Shown: in pieces, positions 48,879-57,952 of the stretch
How positions within the stretch are numbered: the stretch's first letter is position 1
How the letters are laid out: the number at the start of each line of letters is the position of its first letter
Assembly (NCBI GenBank): GCA_963738225.1
Contig: CAVTVR010000007.1
Coordinates: 225,533-289,532, forward strand
From: an uncultured Verrucomicrobiae bacterium
GTDB lineage: Bacteria; Verrucomicrobiota; Verrucomicrobiia; Limisphaerales; UBA11358
DNA length: 64,000 nt
Reading direction: 5' to 3'
The notes under the pieces: model-generated
The model's input: only the letters and a program-made list of their open reading frames with translations
Databases searched by the model: none
Told to the model about the DNA's origin: nothing
Position numbers and translations under genes: made by a program

Positions 48879-49283
48879 TACATACATGGTATGTAGGGGC
48901 AATCTGCCCAACGATTTAATGGCACGGCTTAACCGCCGCACCACTGGCTCCCAACGTGTCGTCGGCTATCGCCCGACTTCTCGCTTTCTCCCTTCGGGCT
49001 ATCCGGGTGCAGTCCACTAGCCGTTGTCCTTTACCAAAAAGCGAGAAGTCGGCCGTCATCCGCCGACACGTTGGGGACTGGTTTTAAGATAAGGTGCTAC
49101 CGCACCGACGACCGGAGCGCGCTATCGCGACCGGTTCGCCCTGAAGGCGGAGGACGACGGGTGAACGGGTGGCACGGGGAGACCGGTCAAGACACTACGT
49201 TTTGCCACCCCCAGGGAGAAAGCATCGCCCGACTGGGCGCTTTTAAATTTCAGCCGCGCCGAAATCGCGGCTGTTTTTTCGGG
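48879..49283 (+). other. Hairpin-rich ~400-nt non-coding element (candidate structured RNA or transfer-origin-type DNA structure) ending in an intrinsic terminator
   Basis: Nested long-range pairings: CCCAACGTGTC..CGGC (48950-48966) with GCCGACACGTTGGG(G) (about 49062-49076), and CCGACTTCTCGCTTT (48973-48987) with AAAGCGAGAAGTCGG (49038-49052). Local hairpins: CTACATAC-ATG-GTATGTAG (48879-48897), GGTGC-TACC-GCACC, ACCGG..CGCG-CTAT-CGCG..CCGGT, and GGGTGGCA...TGCCACCC (49167-49210). Confidence 0.4.
49251..49283 (+). terminator. Rho-independent terminator
   Basis: CAGCCGCG-CCGAAAT-CGCGGCTG followed by TTTTTT. Confidence 0.7.
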
Positions 49284-49436
49284 CTGCTGGTATGATGACA
49301 ACCCCGTTCGGATTCCAGAACCAGCCGCTATTACCCCGCCAGCGTGCGCCCAGCACTACTGCCGGCGGTAACTACCGGCAAAATCTACCACAACCGGGAT
49401 TTTCCGGTAGCAGGAGTGGCGGCTGATTCTGGCACC

Positions 49437-50732
49437 ATGAATGACCAACCACACATCACCATCGGCGAGCGGCACGGCTGGGGCGACCCCCAGCCCTTTG
49501 GCATTGCCACCATTGACGAGCGCCAGCACATCTACATCATCGGCAAGACCGGATCAGGAAAAACGACGTTGCTGCGAAATATGATTTTGCAGCACATCGC
49601 TCTTGGCCACGGGGTTGGCGTCATTGACCCACATGGAGACTTGGCCGAGGAATTGTTGAATCACATTCCGCCCAAGCGGGCGGATCATCTGGTGTATTTC
49701 AATCCGGGCGACCTGGAATTCCCCATCGGATTGAACGTCATCGGCCATGTGGCACCGGATGCCCGGCACCTGGCCGCTTCCGGCATTGTGAGCGCGTTTA
49801 AGGCCATCTGGCGTGATTCCTGGGGACCACGGCTTGAATACATCCTCTACAGCGCCGTTTCTGCCTTGCTCGAATGCCGGAACCAGACCCTTTTGGGCGT
49901 GAACCGCCTTTTGGTTGATGATGACTACCGCGCCAAAATAATTCGGCAAGTCAAAGACCCGTTCATCCGGGCATTTTGGGCGGAGGAATACGAGAATTAC
50001 GACGACCGTTTCAAACGCGAGGCCATCGCCCCGATTCAAAACAAGCTTGGCCAGTTCCTGTTGAATCCGGTGATACGAAACATATTGGGGCAGATCAAAA
50101 AGAAGGTGGATATTCCCTTCGTCATGGACAATGGACGATTGTTCATCGCCAATCTGTCCAAAGGCCAGCTTGGACATGACAAGGCGAATTTGCTCGGTTC
50201 ACTGTTGGTGACACAGTTTCAATTGGGCGCGATGGCCCGGTCAAACCGGCCGGAATCCGAACGGCGCGACTTTTATTTGTTCATAGACGAATTCCAGAAC
50301 TTCTCGACGGATGCTTTCGCCTCGATTCTGGCGGAAGCCCGCAAGTATCGGCTCTGTCTCACGTTGTCGCATCAATACATTGACCAGCTTCCGCTCCCCA
50401 TCCGGCAGGCGGTATTCGGCAACGTGGGAACGCTCATTGCGTTCCGCATCGGCTACACGGACGCCGAGGTGATGGCAAAAGAGTTTGGCAACACTATCCC
50501 CGCCATTGCCATTGCCGATCTTGAGCGGTATGAAGCCGTCGTAAAGCTGCTTGTGGACAGTTCCAACCTTGAGCCGTTCCGGGCGAAAATGTTGCCGCCC
50601 CTTGAAAACCGTATTGGCCGGAAAGACAAGCTGATTGCTCTGTCTCGCGAACGATTTGCCATGCCGCGAAGTTTGATCGAGGACAAACTAAAGCGGTGGA
50701 TGAGCAGGGCCAAATTGCAGGATGACGGGTAG
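49437..50732 (+). CDS. Type IV coupling-protein-like ATPase (TraD/VirD4/TraG-D_C type, no N-terminal TM segment)
   Basis: HIYIIGKTGSGKTTLLRNMI (Walker A), VGVIDPHGDLAEELL, and FYLFIDEFQNFSTDAFASILAEARKYRLCLTLSHQYIDQL (Walker B plus a TraG-D_C-like segment). Start taken at MNDQPHITIGER. Confidence 0.75.
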   Translation: MNDQPHITIGERHGWGDPQPFGIATIDERQHIYIIGKTGSGKTTLLRNMILQHIALGHGVGVIDPHGDLAEELLNHIPPKRADHLVYFNPGDLEFPIGLNVIGHVAPDARHLAASGIVSAFKAIWRDSWGPRLEYILYSAVSALLECRNQTLLGVNRLLVDDDYRAKIIRQVKDPFIRAFWAEEYENYDDRFKREAIAPIQNKLGQFLLNPVIRNILGQIKKKVDIPFVMDNGRLFIANLSKGQLGHDKANLLGSLLVTQFQLGAMARSNRPESERRDFYLFIDEFQNFSTDAFASILAEARKYRLCLTLSHQYIDQLPLPIRQAVFGNVGTLIAFRIGYTDAEVMAKEFGNTIPAIAIADLERYEAVVKLLVDSSNLEPFRAKMLPPLENRIGRKDKLIALSRERFAMPRSLIEDKLKRWMSRAKLQDDG

Positions 50733-50752
50733 CAAACTTGCCAGAATTGGCT
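50727..50752 (-). promoter_or_regulatory. Copy 4 of the TTGCCA-N5-TGGC motif (reverse orientation, degenerate C-run)
   Basis: GGGTAGCAAACTTGCCAGAATTGGCT spans the T4CP-like stop codon. Confidence 0.4.
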
Positions 50753-50850
50753 AATCCACTCCCCTACATCGTTTCTTCCGCTCGCGGCAATCTGCAAGGA
50801 TGCCAAACAAACGATCTCCCCGTTTCATACGGGCTTCCACAGTTGCCGCG

Positions 50851-51703
50851 ATGCAGCTTACAAAACGCGACCGCGAGATTATTCGGCTTGTCCACCGTCA
50901 CCAGTTCTTACGCTCACATCAGATTGTCGCCTTGCTTGCAGGGAGTTCACAACAGGTGTTGCGGACGGCTAAAAATGCTCTACCATCACGGATATTTGGA
51001 ACGGCCACGCGCCCAGCTTGAATACTACGAGCGCGGCGGCGCACGCCCGATGGTCTATGGCTTGAGCAACAAAGGCGGAAAACTTTTGGAACAAGAGCTT
51101 GGCATCACTGGTTCGTGGAACAAACACAATCAGGACATTGGCCGGATGTTCCTTGAACACGCAATCCTTGTTTCCGACGTGATGGTGTCCATTGAACTCG
51201 CCTGTCGAAAATCTGGCAACATCCGATTGCTATACGAAGACCAGCTTGCACTTCAATCAGAACGAAGTCAGTTCCAATGGCAAGTGAAGGTTCACGATCA
51301 CGGGGTAACGCTTGGCGTTGTTCCCGACCGCGTGTTCGCATTGGAATACGCGGATCATGCCGGAGCAATGCAGCGAGTATATTTTTTCCTTGAGGCCGAC
51401 CGGGGAACCATGCCGGTTGTGCGAAGCGGATTAACACAAACATCTTTTTACCGGAAACTTCTCGCATACGAGGCCACATGGACGCAAAAAATCCATCAGC
51501 GAAAACTTGGCATCCATCGCTTCCGTGTGCTGACCGTCACCACGAACGCCATGCGTGTCACCACGCTTCTTGACGCCTGTTCCCGGTTGAAGCGTGGCCA
51601 TGGGCTGTTTCTCTTTGCTGACCAGACGGTCTTGGAAAAAGACCCGTTCTCCACTGTCTGGCAGTGCGGCAAATCTGCCAAAGTATCGGCTCTGCTGGAC
51701 TAG
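50851..51703 (+). pseudogene. Replication-relaxation family protein (Replic_Relax); one frame break near 50965
   Basis: MQLTKRDREIIRLVHRHQFLRSHQIVALLAGSSQQVL joins RLKMLYHHGYLERPRAQLEYYERGG...VPDRVFALEY...VYFFLEADRGTMP when one base is skipped. This is the typical family pattern. Confidence 0.75.
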
Positions 51704-51704
51704 C

Positions 51705-51742
51705 CAGAAGCAGATGCTCCTTTCATGAAGGATGTTATGCCA
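51705..51742 (+). repeat. 38-bp dispersed repeat, copy 1 (diverged)
   Basis: CAGAAGCAGATGCTCCTTTCATGAAGGATGTTATGCCA lies directly after the Replic_Relax stop. Confidence 0.8.
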
Positions 51743-51792
51743 CGTTTTGAGAAGTCTATCCCCCAATACCCATTCTAGTATCATAACATAGA

Positions 51793-52194
51793 ATGTGGTA
51801 TGATTACATCATGCTGGTTTCAATGAGTGCAAAAACTATTGTTATTCACATTTCCCGCGGATTGGCCTATGCCACTTTCCCAATCGGAGCATTTTTATTC
51901 TCACTTTTTGTGCTTACAGCTTCAGAGCATAGTTTAGATTTCTCGACATTCGCGAATGTTTTATTGAATATCTCTGCTATTTTCCTCTTTTTTATTCCGC
52001 CAATCATCATTCTTTTCCTTCATCCAGTCTCGAAGCATTCAAATGCAGGCATCCAGCAAAGCACAGATCAAGCACGGGTTGCAAAAATCGAAAAATACCT
52101 TCCGCACGTCTTTATTATCATAATCTTAGCGGGAATTGGGGTTGTTGCATTCTTTCTTTCGGTGATTTTTATGGGAGCGGTGTCCGGTGCGTAG
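51793..52194 (+). CDS. Small membrane protein (about 4 TM helices)
   Basis: Hydrophobic segments (FPIGAFLFSLFVLTA, ISAIFLFFIPPIIILFL, VFIIIILAGIGVVAFFLSVIFMGAV). AT-rich. Confidence 0.45.
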   Translation: MWYDYIMLVSMSAKTIVIHISRGLAYATFPIGAFLFSLFVLTASEHSLDFSTFANVLLNISAIFLFFIPPIIILFLHPVSKHSNAGIQQSTDQARVAKIEKYLPHVFIIIILAGIGVVAFFLSVIFMGAVSGA

Positions 52195-52214
52195 AGTCAA
52201 AATTATTATCAATG

Positions 52215-54212
52215 CTATGGCTGATTTGCCAAGCGGAAGAACTGTTTTGCTGAATAGACTCCATTTGTGACTATGTATCCTAAATTCACGATGGCCGGAA
52301 CGTTCGTCAATGTCACCCAAGAATTTGGATCGGAAAGGTTGGTGGTAATTTGCAGGTTAAAAGCCTGCGCCGAAACCGGCCACGACAAAACCAAATTATC
52401 GCCGCTGGCCTTCGCCCGCAACTCCGGTGGTGTTGGAATGGTGAAAGTCAGATTTTCCACCATCACCTGTGCGTTGGTCGAGGTGCCGCCGACGATGCCA
52501 ATAAAAAATTCGTTCGTTTGTCCAGCGAATACTGAAACATCAATTGGCCCGCTGCTGAAAACGATGTTCGTTTCAATTTCATTTCCAGGTAAAAACAAAA
52601 AATTCGTGCCATTCAACGCTGCTGCCAACGAATCACTTTGCCAGTCACCTTCAATCATGTAATCGAATGACATCGAAACGGCTTTCGCCGGAACTACTAA
52701 TTGCGCCCACGCATACGTTGGGGTGTTGGTAGCATTTTCATCCTTCGGGTTGCCGAGCGGATGCACACTGGATTGTAACATGGGCAAGTTAGACGAACCG
52801 GTGTAAAGATTAATTAGCCATTCAACTGTATTTGCATCCCATATTGCCTGGCCAAGCACTGTTCCGTTGGCGATGACAGTGTTTTCAGCAAATTGAGCGA
52901 CTGAATTGCCAAATCCTCCGCGAAACTCCTGAAATCGTTGGCCAAGCAAATTTGTTCCATAATCCCAAGTCGTCACCATCAGATTCCATTGCGAATTGGT
53001 GTAGGCTTGCATATAAACCGACCCTGCTTTCGGCGCTTGCGAGAACCATCCGCCCGTTTCAAATGACCACCGAAAGCCCATTAACGACGCTCCATCATCC
53101 TGAATCGTCTCTTCATACCACGGCATCGGATAGCCGTGAAATGCCCCCAAATCATTTAACCAACTTTCCGGGCTTGAGGCATTCGCTGGAAATCCGTTTG
53201 TCAAAATGACGTTTGCCGCACCGGATTGCAGCAAGCCAAAAGCCGAAACATAATTATCCGCCCACTCAAATTGTTTTGGTAGCGCATGATAATATGGTGA
53301 AGATGTCAAAAGATTGGCGTTCGCATCCGCCAGCGCCTCCAAGTCCTGCGAATGCAAAGTGAAATTTTTATCCGCGCCAACTTCCGCTTCATCAAACAAC
53401 GTCATTTGCATATTTGCTGGCGGCCACGGCGTTGGAGAAACAACTTCATTCGCAAAATTTGCCCCTTGCAAATAATTCGCGGTGTAAGCGTTCACCAATG
53501 TTCCAAAACTATGGCCGATGAAATGAATCGGCTGGGAATAATTCGGCCCTAATGCGTTCAAGAATGCTTGCCCCAACAAGATTCCTTGATATGGGGTTTG
53601 GCTGCCCGCTTGTTTTGGATCAGTAAGCGAGGATGTTGCTGCGTTTGTCCAATTCCAAGCAACAATGTTTGCGCTGGTGATACCATTGGAGCGCAATTGC
53701 GCCGCTATGTCCGTTGGCCAGCCAACAACACCGCCATTTGGAATTACCGACCCAATCAAAGGCAAAGTTGGTATCCAGCCGTGCGTCAGAACGATGGTCA
53801 TTTGGTTGGGATCAATCGAAGCGAGATTTGCCGTGAAAATTCCGCCGTGATACGCCATGAGTTGCGACGGTGGCGGTGGCGAAATCAAATATACTGGAGT
53901 GCTTTCAGCGGTTGTTGGCGTGCGACTCGTTGAAATGATGTTCAACACCGGCGCGTCGAGAAACTGGTAATAATAACTCACCGTCGGGCTGTATTGCAGC
54001 TTCAGGATGTCGTTGCCCGGCCACTCGTAATACTGGTAGCTGACAATCGGCGACACGATGCCGCCGTTGGTCAAGGCTGCGCTGCTGAAATTCTCCGGGT
54101 ATTGATAGCTAACAATCGGCGACATGATGTTCGTGATTATGTTATCAGCTTTGGCCGGCAACAACGACAGAAGCAGTGTCGTGAGAACCCCCATAAGCCA
54201 GAAAGATTTCAT
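52215..54212 (-). CDS. Secreted alpha/beta-hydrolase (lipase-like) protein with a C-terminal beta-rich domain
   Basis: Signal peptide MKSFWLMGVLTTLLLSLLPAKA. IVLTHGW and the nucleophile elbow HFIGHSFGT (GxSxG). An N-terminal SPIVSYQY duplication. Confidence 0.65.
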   Translation of the reverse strand: MKSFWLMGVLTTLLLSLLPAKADNIITNIMSPIVSYQYPENFSSAALTNGGIVSPIVSYQYYEWPGNDILKLQYSPTVSYYYQFLDAPVLNIISTSRTPTTAESTPVYLISPPPPSQLMAYHGGIFTANLASIDPNQMTIVLTHGWIPTLPLIGSVIPNGGVVGWPTDIAAQLRSNGITSANIVAWNWTNAATSSLTDPKQAGSQTPYQGILLGQAFLNALGPNYSQPIHFIGHSFGTLVNAYTANYLQGANFANEVVSPTPWPPANMQMTLFDEAEVGADKNFTLHSQDLEALADANANLLTSSPYYHALPKQFEWADNYVSAFGLLQSGAANVILTNGFPANASSPESWLNDLGAFHGYPMPWYEETIQDDGASLMGFRWSFETGGWFSQAPKAGSVYMQAYTNSQWNLMVTTWDYGTNLLGQRFQEFRGGFGNSVAQFAENTVIANGTVLGQAIWDANTVEWLINLYTGSSNLPMLQSSVHPLGNPKDENATNTPTYAWAQLVVPAKAVSMSFDYMIEGDWQSDSLAAALNGTNFLFLPGNEIETNIVFSSGPIDVSVFAGQTNEFFIGIVGGTSTNAQVMVENLTFTIPTPPELRAKASGDNLVLSWPVSAQAFNLQITTNLSDPNSWVTLTNVPAIVNLGYIVTNGVYSAKQFFRLANQP

Positions 54213-54221
54213 AACACGTGG

Positions 54222-55364
54222 TTAATTTGAAGTTGTTGCCGTGGCATAGATGAGACCGCCTCCGCGCGGGATGACGATGGAAATGGTGGCCGTGCTGGTT
54301 GCCAGCGTGCCGGTGGTGTTGTAGCCCGTGGCGCTGACCATCGCGCCGTTTGCCGGCTTCACGCTCACGGTGATTTGCGAGTTCAAAGGCAGGTTCGCGC
54401 AATTCACGACAATGGGAATGGGATTATTTTGCTGTGCGGAAAGGTTGGCATCCGGTGTGAACAACGCGCCCGTGGGCGACGCAGAAATAACAACTCCGCC
54501 AACGCTCGCGACAGTCAATTGAGGAATCTGGCCAACTGATGGAGTGATAACAAACTGCGATCCTTGAGTGAAATTGCCTCCAATATTCCCAGCAAACGGA
54601 ACATCGTAGGCGTCAAATCGAACTCGGCCCTCGCCACTGTATTGTGCTGCTGTCGTGAGGACATTCCCTGATCCAATTATTCGAGAGGCAACGATACGGA
54701 TTGCGCCTCCGCTCCCGCTGCCACTACCTCCGCTGCCCCACACTCCGAGCTTACCACTTCCTCCGTTGGCATATATCGCACCAGCGATGTTGACCATGTT
54801 TGACGCAGCAATGAGAATTGCGCCACCACCACCCCCGCCTCCCACACTGTTTGCAACACCAGCTCCTCCTGAGCCTCCAAGCAGAGGAATTAAGAAGATG
54901 TTCCCATAAGGGTTGGGACTCCAATTTTGTTCCGGCGATCCATAGTTCCCACCCGCGTAGCCATTAGCAAATCCACCACCAGGACCTTGGCCATCGGTTG
55001 GTTTTGAAGCCCCATCTGGACCATTTCCACCCCGCCAACCGCCCGGACCTCCCAATCCTCCTTGCGATCCCAGGAAGGTTTGCCCCGACACATCCACCGT
55101 TCCATTGATTACGACATTACTTTGCACAAGCCAAATCACTGGCGAGTTGTTCGCGTTCGGAACGAACGTCACGGTTACGCTGCTGGGAATGTTGACAGAT
55201 GTGTATTGGTAAATGCCGTTCGGATGGCTGGCCATGTTGATGACGGTATTCACCGTAGGATTGAACGCGCCATCACTGCCATTGCTGCCGGTGTTGACCT
55301 GTGCCAGGCAAACCGTCGGCAACGATGCAATTGCCAACAAAATCAGTCCAGTGATTGTTTTCAT
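54222..55364 (-). CDS. Secreted Gly-rich beta-helix-like protein, paralogue A
   Basis: A signal peptide, the shared N-terminus QVNTGSNGSDGAFNPTVNTVINMASHPNGIYQYTSVNIPSSVTVTFVPNANNSPVIWLVQSNVVI, and GGSGG runs. Confidence 0.65.
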   Translation of the reverse strand: MKTITGLILLAIASLPTVCLAQVNTGSNGSDGAFNPTVNTVINMASHPNGIYQYTSVNIPSSVTVTFVPNANNSPVIWLVQSNVVINGTVDVSGQTFLGSQGGLGGPGGWRGGNGPDGASKPTDGQGPGGGFANGYAGGNYGSPEQNWSPNPYGNIFLIPLLGGSGGAGVANSVGGGGGGGAILIAASNMVNIAGAIYANGGSGKLGVWGSGGSGSGSGGAIRIVASRIIGSGNVLTTAAQYSGEGRVRFDAYDVPFAGNIGGNFTQGSQFVITPSVGQIPQLTVASVGGVVISASPTGALFTPDANLSAQQNNPIPIVVNCANLPLNSQITVSVKPANGAMVSATGYNTTGTLATSTATISIVIPRGGGLIYATATTSN

Positions 55365-55376
55365 ACGAGGTTTTTG

Positions 55377-56558
55377 CTATTTCCCCGTGGCAGCCGTCGC
55401 GTAAATGAGACCGCCGCCACGCGGGATGTTGATCGAAATTGTCGCGGTGCTGGATGCCAGTGTCCCGGTGTTGTTGCCACCAACAGCGCTAACAGCGGAG
55501 CCGCTCATGGGTTTGATGGTCACGGTAATGGGTGTTCCTAAAGGTAGATTCGCACAATTTACCACGACGGGCATTGGACTGGATTGTTGCGCAGAAATTA
55601 CCGCATCAGGCGTGGACAAAACACCCGTCGGCGATGCGGAAACGGGAACTCCGCCAACGCTCGCGACAGTCAATTGAGGAATCTGGCCTGATGTCGGAAT
55701 GACAATGAACTGCGAACCTTGTGTGTATGTTCCTCCGATGCCTCCGCCAAAATCATTTTCATAAGCGTCGAAACGAATCCAGCCACTTCCTCCGCTGCAC
55801 GGCGCTATACCGCCACCTGTATTTACACTTCCTCCTCCAACTATTTTTGAAGCCACTAACCTTATTGCACCCCCACTTCCTCCACCGCCCCAGTTTGAAG
55901 AAGCGCTTGGGTCGGGATAATACGTCGCGTTACCCCCATTCGCGGATACCTGTCCGTTTAGGGTTATTTGCCCTGAAGCAGCAATGAGAATCGCCCCACC
56001 GCCACCACCACCCCTTGCCAAACTCGAACTTGCTCCGCCACCAGAACCACCCAAAAGCGGAATTAGAAACGAGTTACCATAAACTGTGCCCACACAGCTC
56101 GCGGTTGCATATGAGCCACCTCCAGCGGAAATACCGCCCCATGCTGAATTTGTCGAAGCAAAAGCAACACCACCACCCGGGCCAAAACCAAACGACCCAT
56201 TTGGACTGCCGCTCCCTCCTTGATAACCGTCGGGGCCACCTGCTCCGCCAGATCCCCCGCTCCCGCCTGTTGCATTTTGTCCAGAGACAATCACCGTTCC
56301 ACTGATTACGACATTACTTTGCACAAGCCAAATCACTGGCGAGTTGTTCGCGTTCGGAACGAACGTCACGGTTACGCTGCTGGGAATGTTGACAGATGTG
56401 TATTGGTAAATGCCGTTCGGATGGCTGGCCATGTTGATGACGGTATTCACCGTAGGATTGAACGCGCCATCACTGCCATTGCTGCCGGTGTTCACTTGGG
56501 CATTTGCACTCGCACACACGAACGCCGCAAGCATTGTTTGAAGAATATTTTGTTTCAT
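55377..56558 (-). CDS. Secreted Gly-rich beta-helix-like protein, paralogue B
   Basis: Same architecture as 54222..55364. The stretch 56304-56492 looks identical by eye to 55107-55295. Confidence 0.65.
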   Translation of the reverse strand: MKQNILQTMLAAFVCASANAQVNTGSNGSDGAFNPTVNTVINMASHPNGIYQYTSVNIPSSVTVTFVPNANNSPVIWLVQSNVVISGTVIVSGQNATGGSGGSGGAGGPDGYQGGSGSPNGSFGFGPGGGVAFASTNSAWGGISAGGGSYATASCVGTVYGNSFLIPLLGGSGGGASSSLARGGGGGGAILIAASGQITLNGQVSANGGNATYYPDPSASSNWGGGGSGGAIRLVASKIVGGGSVNTGGGIAPCSGGSGWIRFDAYENDFGGGIGGTYTQGSQFIVIPTSGQIPQLTVASVGGVPVSASPTGVLSTPDAVISAQQSSPMPVVVNCANLPLGTPITVTIKPMSGSAVSAVGGNNTGTLASSTATISINIPRGGGLIYATAATGK

Positions 56559-56619
56559 AGGCTTACTTTTATGATGCCTCCATTGCTATCCTCATTTGGC
56601 ATTAAATGCGAGCGGAAAA

Positions 56620-56877
56620 TCACACGTTTTCTGGAATGTCCCGCTTGGCATTTACCAAAAGATTTCGCGGCAGGCACACAATTCGTTCATCCGGCTCGCA
56701 ACCGGCAGTCGGCGGCAATTTCACCATCGCCGACGCCGTGATGTCTATGCCGATAATGGCAAAATCGCCATTTGCGAGTTTCCAAATGTCAGGACAACCA
56801 TCACATCCAGCGCTGTTTGCGCCGTTGGCGTGCGGATCAGGCCCGATTCTGCGGCGGAATTCAATTGGTATATTCAT
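56620..56877 (-). CDS. Small Cys-containing hypothetical protein, divergent from an XRE gene
   Basis: MNIPIEFRRRIGPDPHANGANSAGCDGCPDIWKLANGDFAIIGIDIT... ORF only; start uncertain. Confidence 0.3.
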   Translation of the reverse strand: MNIPIEFRRRIGPDPHANGANSAGCDGCPDIWKLANGDFAIIGIDITASAMVKLPPTAGCEPDERIVCLPRNLLVNAKRDIPENV

Positions 56878-56970
56878 TGTGCCGCAACAATCGGTGCAGC
56901 CCGGCACGAATGCAAGCAGAAAATACCAGCATGTTGCTGGTGTAAGCATTAAGCTGGTATTGCCAATCTT

Positions 56971-57219
56971 TTGGACGTGGCAAAACCGAAGAAAAAACGC
57001 AAACCGATTTTACAGCATCGGAAAAAGATTGGCGACGCCATTCGTGCCTACCGAAAAAAGGCCGCTTTCACACAAGAAAAGCTGGCTGAAATCGTGGAAT
57101 TGAATCCAAAATATATTGGCGAGATTGAGCGTGGAGAGAAAATTATTTCAATCGAAGCGTTGTTGCGAATCGCCAAAGCGGTAAAAATTCCAATTCGTGA
57201 TTTTTTTCGTGGAGTCTGA
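56971..57219 (+). CDS. XRE-family HTH regulator
   Basis: IGDAIRAYRKKAAFTQEKLAEIVELNPKYIGEIERGEKIISIEALLRIAKAV is a classic Cro/C1 HTH. Confidence 0.8.
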   Translation: MDVAKPKKKRKPILQHRKKIGDAIRAYRKKAAFTQEKLAEIVELNPKYIGEIERGEKIISIEALLRIAKAVKIPIRDFFRGV

Positions 57220-57345
57220 TAAGCCGCAAAAAAACGCGACCTCTTTCGAGATCGCGTGCGCTTCATGGAGTGAAGCTGTTTTTTAATTGTTCAGCCGATA
57301 AATCCGTTGGCTGTTTGCCGTCTGCCATTTTCACCCACCGCACAA

Positions 57346-57383
57346 AGAAGCAGATGCTCCTCTCACGAAGGAGATTATGCAGG
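57346..57383 (+). repeat. 38-bp dispersed repeat, copy 2
   Basis: AGAAGCAGATGCTCCTCTCACGAAGGAGATTATGCAGG is identical to copy 3. Confidence 0.85.
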
Positions 57384-57397
57384 ACTTGAAAACTCGC

Positions 57398-57425
57398 ATG
57401 TCCGTGAAGATTCACGGACATTTTC
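57398..57425. terminator. Bidirectional-looking hairpin terminator
   Basis: ATGTCCGTGAAGATTCACGGACAT is followed by TTTT on the + strand. It lies directly downstream of the def stop on the - strand. Confidence 0.55.
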
Positions 57426-57952
57426 TATTCAAGAACTGAAGGAATTTCTGAAGGCTCGAGTCCGTCAATGCTCGGCATCCGATCAATGTAGAGAATTCCA
57501 TCCAGATGATCTATTTCGTGCTGTATAACACGTGCAAGAAAGCCATCTGCCTTAATTGTCTGCGGTTTTCCGAACTCGTCTTGATACGATATGTCAATCT
57601 CCTTGTGACGATTGACTTTTCCCCGACACAGCGGCAATGACATGCAAGACTCAAATTTTTCTTCCGATATGTCGCTGCTGTTAACAATTCGAGGATTGAC
57701 CAAAATTGTGTGCGGGTGAGGCTTTCCTTTTTGCGCGTTAACTACCGTCGCTCTAATTTGGATTCCAATTTGGGGAGCAGCCAATCCGACTGCGATTTCA
57801 TGTGTCTCAAATGTGTCAACCAAATCTTTGATTTTGCTTCGCAATTCGTCGTCAAATTTTTCCACGAAAACACTCGGCTTTCGGAGTGAAGTTTCGCGAC
57901 TCGAAAAGTCTTCCCGTTTAAGCTGGATGATCTTGCGAATACTCATGGCCAT
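57425..57952 (-). CDS. def: Peptide deformylase homologue carried on the accessory element
   Basis: The three PDF motifs are present: GLAAPQIG (motif 1), ESCMSLP (EGCLS-type motif 2) and QHEIDHLDG (HExxH motif 3). Confidence 0.85.
   Translation of the reverse strand: MAMSIRKIIQLKREDFSSRETSLRKPSVFVEKFDDELRSKIKDLVDTFETHEIAVGLAAPQIGIQIRATVVNAQKGKPHPHTILVNPRIVNSSDISEEKFESCMSLPLCRGKVNRHKEIDISYQDEFGKPQTIKADGFLARVIQHEIDHLDGILYIDRMPSIDGLEPSEIPSVLE

Noticed and set aside
48829-49295. ORFs 48829..49020 and 49071..49295 considered as protein-coding; also tested against RNase P RNA, tmRNA, 6S RNA and SRP RNA
   Set aside because: The translations are Arg/Gly/Thr-rich without motifs and overlap extensive stem structures. 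I found none of the signature sequences I know: no GGAAAGTCCGGGC-type RNase P core, no tRNA-like 3' end with a tag ORF, and no SRP GGAA/AGCA motif pair.
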